From Raja brachyura (lineage: Eukaryota), in the NCBI GenBank assembly GCA_963514005.1, contig OY740826.1, forward strand, positions 2,542,001 through 2,606,000: 64,000 bases of DNA, given 5' to 3'. Under the pieces are notes generated by a model. The model made no database searches. It saw only the letters and a list, made by a program, of their open reading frames with translations, and was not told the origin of the DNA. How positions within the stretch are numbered: position 1 is the first letter of the stretch; every line of letters begins with the position of its first letter. This document shows, piece after piece, positions 61,195-64,000 of this stretch. The position numbers and the translations under genes are program-made.

Positions 61195-62503
61195 CTTGAC
61201 CTCGGCGCTGGCTGAAAAACCTTCTCGCCTTGTGGGCGACATCGTCCGAGAACATCCCCGACGTCAACAAAGGTCTCCAGGATGTCCCGTCACAAACACC
61301 AACCCACGCCCCGACACAAACATTGGAGACACAGAGTGCTGGAGTAACTCAGCGGGACAGGCAGCATCTCTGGAGAACACGGATAGGGAGAGGGAAGGGG
61401 GGGGGGGGGGGGGGGGGGAGAGGGAGGGAGGGAGGGAGGGAGAGAGGGATGAGAGGAAAGGGCAGAGGGAAGGAGGATGGGAGAGGGGGAGGAAGGGAGG
61501 GGCGGTGAGGAGGGGAGCATCGGGTTATTACACAGACATTTGTACCCTGGGAATAGTCAGGATGTGCTGGAGAGAGTGGACGTGTTTGGGTTTAGTGGGG
61601 AAGAAGCTAATTGTGTTCAGATAAGCTCACGGCTCCCGTCTTCATCAGCATCGACTGTCTCTCTCTCTCGCTCTCTCACTCCCTCCCTTCCATTAGTCTA
61701 TAGAGACACTGTGGTTTATACCTTTCAGAACCTCATGGATTTGATTTCATGTTTTCACTTGGTAAGTAAATACAAGCCTTCAATGCCTTCAATCGGTACA
61801 AAGTGCTGGAGTAACTCAGCGGGTCAGGCAGCATCTCTGAACTGGGGTGGTGAGAGGGAGGGAGGAATAGAGGGAAGGAGGGAGAGAGAGAAGGAGAATG
61901 GAAGGGAGAGAGGGAGGAAGGGAGGGGGACAGTGGGAGTAGAGGGGGTGTGGGTGAGGGAGGGAAGGAGAGAGGGAGTGAGGAGAGAGAGAGAGAGAAGG
62001 AGGGACAGAGGAAGAGATTTATTGTGAGTGGGACGTTAGATTTGGAGGGAGAGAGAAGGGAGGGATGGAGGGAGGGTCGGTGAGGAGTGGGGTCAACAGG
62101 TTATTAAACAGACATTTATCAGACAACAGACAAAGACGATAGGGATGAGGAGAGAGAGGAAGGGAGAGAGTGAGAGAGGGAGGGAGAGAGTGAGAGAGGG
62201 AGAGCAAGAGAGAGGGGGGAGGGGAGAGGGAGTGATGGAGAGAGGGAGGAGGGAGCGAGTGAGGTTGGGATGGGGGAGAGGGAAGGTGGATGGGAGGGAG
62301 GGGGGGAGCGGTGAGGAGGGGAGCATCGGGTTATTACACAGACGTTTGTACCCTGGGAATAGTCAGGATATGCTGGAGAGAGTGGACGTGTTTGGGTTTA
62401 GTGGGGAAGAAGCTAATTGTGTTCGCATGACCCCATGGTTCCCGTCTTTATCAGCATTGACTCTGTCTCTCTCTCTCTTCCTCTCTTGCATTAATCTATA
62501 CAG

Positions 62504-62566
62504 AGACTATGGTTTATACCTTCCAGAAGCTCATGGATTTGATTGACCCCTTCATGTTTTCACTTG
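62504..62566 (+). CDS. Inverted intact exon-2 copy (paralog of 21901-21963)
   Basis: Canonical AG/GT boundaries, 63 bp. Confidence 0.55.
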
Positions 62567-64000
62567 GTAAGTACATACAAGCCTTCACTGCATTCAATAG
62601 GTACAAAGTGCTGGAGTAACTCAGCGGGACAGGCAGCATCTCTGGAAGAACAGGTGATGTTACAGAAGGGTCCCAACTCGACATTTGGGGAATGAAGAAC
62701 CTGAGGACATAGGGTTAATATGAGGGGGGAAAGATTTAATAGGAACTTTTTGGAAACGTTTTCATTCAGAGGGTGGTGGGTGTATGGAACAAGCTGCCGG
62801 TGGAGGTGATTGAGGCAGCAACTACAAAAGACATTGGGCAGGTACACGGATATGACAGTTTGGAGGGCTTTTGGACCAAACACAGGCAGGTGGGACTGGT
62901 GTAGCTGGGACATATTGGCCAGTGTGGGCAAGTTGGGCCGAAGGGCCTGTTTCCACGCTGTGTGACTCTAAAACAAAAGGGACCACAATGAGATAGATTG
63001 GAAGGTTGGGAAATTGATCTCTAAGTGATATGGCATGGAAACAGGCCATTCAGCCCTACTTGCCCACACTGGCCAACATGTCCCATCTGCACTAGTCCCA
63101 TCTGCCTGCGTTTGGTCCATATCCAAATGTGTCCTATCCATGTACCTGTCTAACGGTTTCTTAAACGTAGGGATAGTCCCTGCCTCAAGTACCTCTTCCG
63201 CCAGCTCGTTCCGTGCACCCCCCACCCTTTGTGTGAAAGAGTAACCCCTCAGATTCCTATTAAATCTTTTCACCTATGTCCTCTGGTTCCACTACTCGGG
63301 CCAAGAGATTCTGAGTGTCTACCCGATCTATTCCTTTTATTATTCCCCCCCCCCCCCCCCCGTCCCCTTATAAAATCACCCCTCATCCTCCTGCACTCCA
63401 GTAATCTGATAACAGAGGGGATGAATCCTTTCCTGAATCTGGCGGTCGCTCTTTCAAGCTTTTGTATTTAGATTCGTACAGTTTAGTTTAGAGATACAGT
63501 GTGGAAACAGGCCCTTCGGCCCACCGGATCAGTGCTGACCAACGATCCCCGCACACTAACAATATTCTACACACACTAGGTACAATTTTTAAAAACATTT
63601 ACACCAAGTCGATTTACCTACATACCTGTACGTCTTTGGAGTGTGGGAGGAAACGGAAGATCTCAGAGAAAACCCATGCAGGTCACGGGGAGAACGTCCA
63701 AGCTCCGTATTGTCAGCACCCGTAGTCGGGATCATAGAAACATAGAAAATAGGTGCAGGTGGAGGCCACTCGGCCCTTTCTCACCTCAGTCTTAAATGGC
63801 TTCCCCTTTATTCTAAGACTGTGGCCCCTGGTACTGGACTCACCCAACATTGGGCACATTTTTCCTGCATCTGGCTTGTCCAGTCCTTTTATAATTTTAT
63901 ATGTTGAAGGATGAGAAGGGATCGAACCTGGGTCTTCGGTGCTGCATTCGCTCTAAGGCAGCAGCTCTACCGCTGTGCCACCATGCCTTCTGAGGGGAGA

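Larger units (their letters stand above)
48960..63660 (+). repeat. Segmental duplication, copy 2
   Basis: Colinear with ~7860-23050. Confidence 0.92.

Overview
Repeat-dense vertebrate genomic DNA. The repeat content (HE1/V-SINE-type tRNA SINEs, CR1, Penelope, Rex1, DIRS) suggests a cartilaginous fish such as a skate or ray; this is an inference. One complete multi-exon gene can be assembled by hand on the minus strand (44908->30084, 7 coding exons, about 445 aa). It is a Siglec/MAG-like receptor: V-set domain with the sialic-acid-binding Arg, two C2-type Ig domains, a TM helix containing a Glu, and an ITIM-type tail; one further Ig exon is truncated by a CR1. The gene is flanked by two copies of a ~15 kb direct segmental duplication (~7455-23050 and ~48960-63660), plus a partial third copy (1-7455). 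Each large copy carries exons of an unannotated signal-peptide + CxxC protein whose cysteine spacing resembles the IZUMO1/SPACA6/TMEM95 sperm-egg fusion superfamily. Its first exon is split by a Penelope-derived hairpin, and its 63-bp second exon is present six times in both orientations. Mobile elements include a full-length DIRS1-type tyrosine-recombinase retrotransposon (605-5826) whose circle junction and empty target sites are all visible in the window, nested DIRS remnants, non-autonomous Helitrons (one with a captured flank), Penelope fragments with hammerhead-ribozyme cores, and Tx1/L1, Rex1, CR1 and L2 LINEs. Gene models and family calls come from reading the sequence by eye and from recalled family features; no database search was run.
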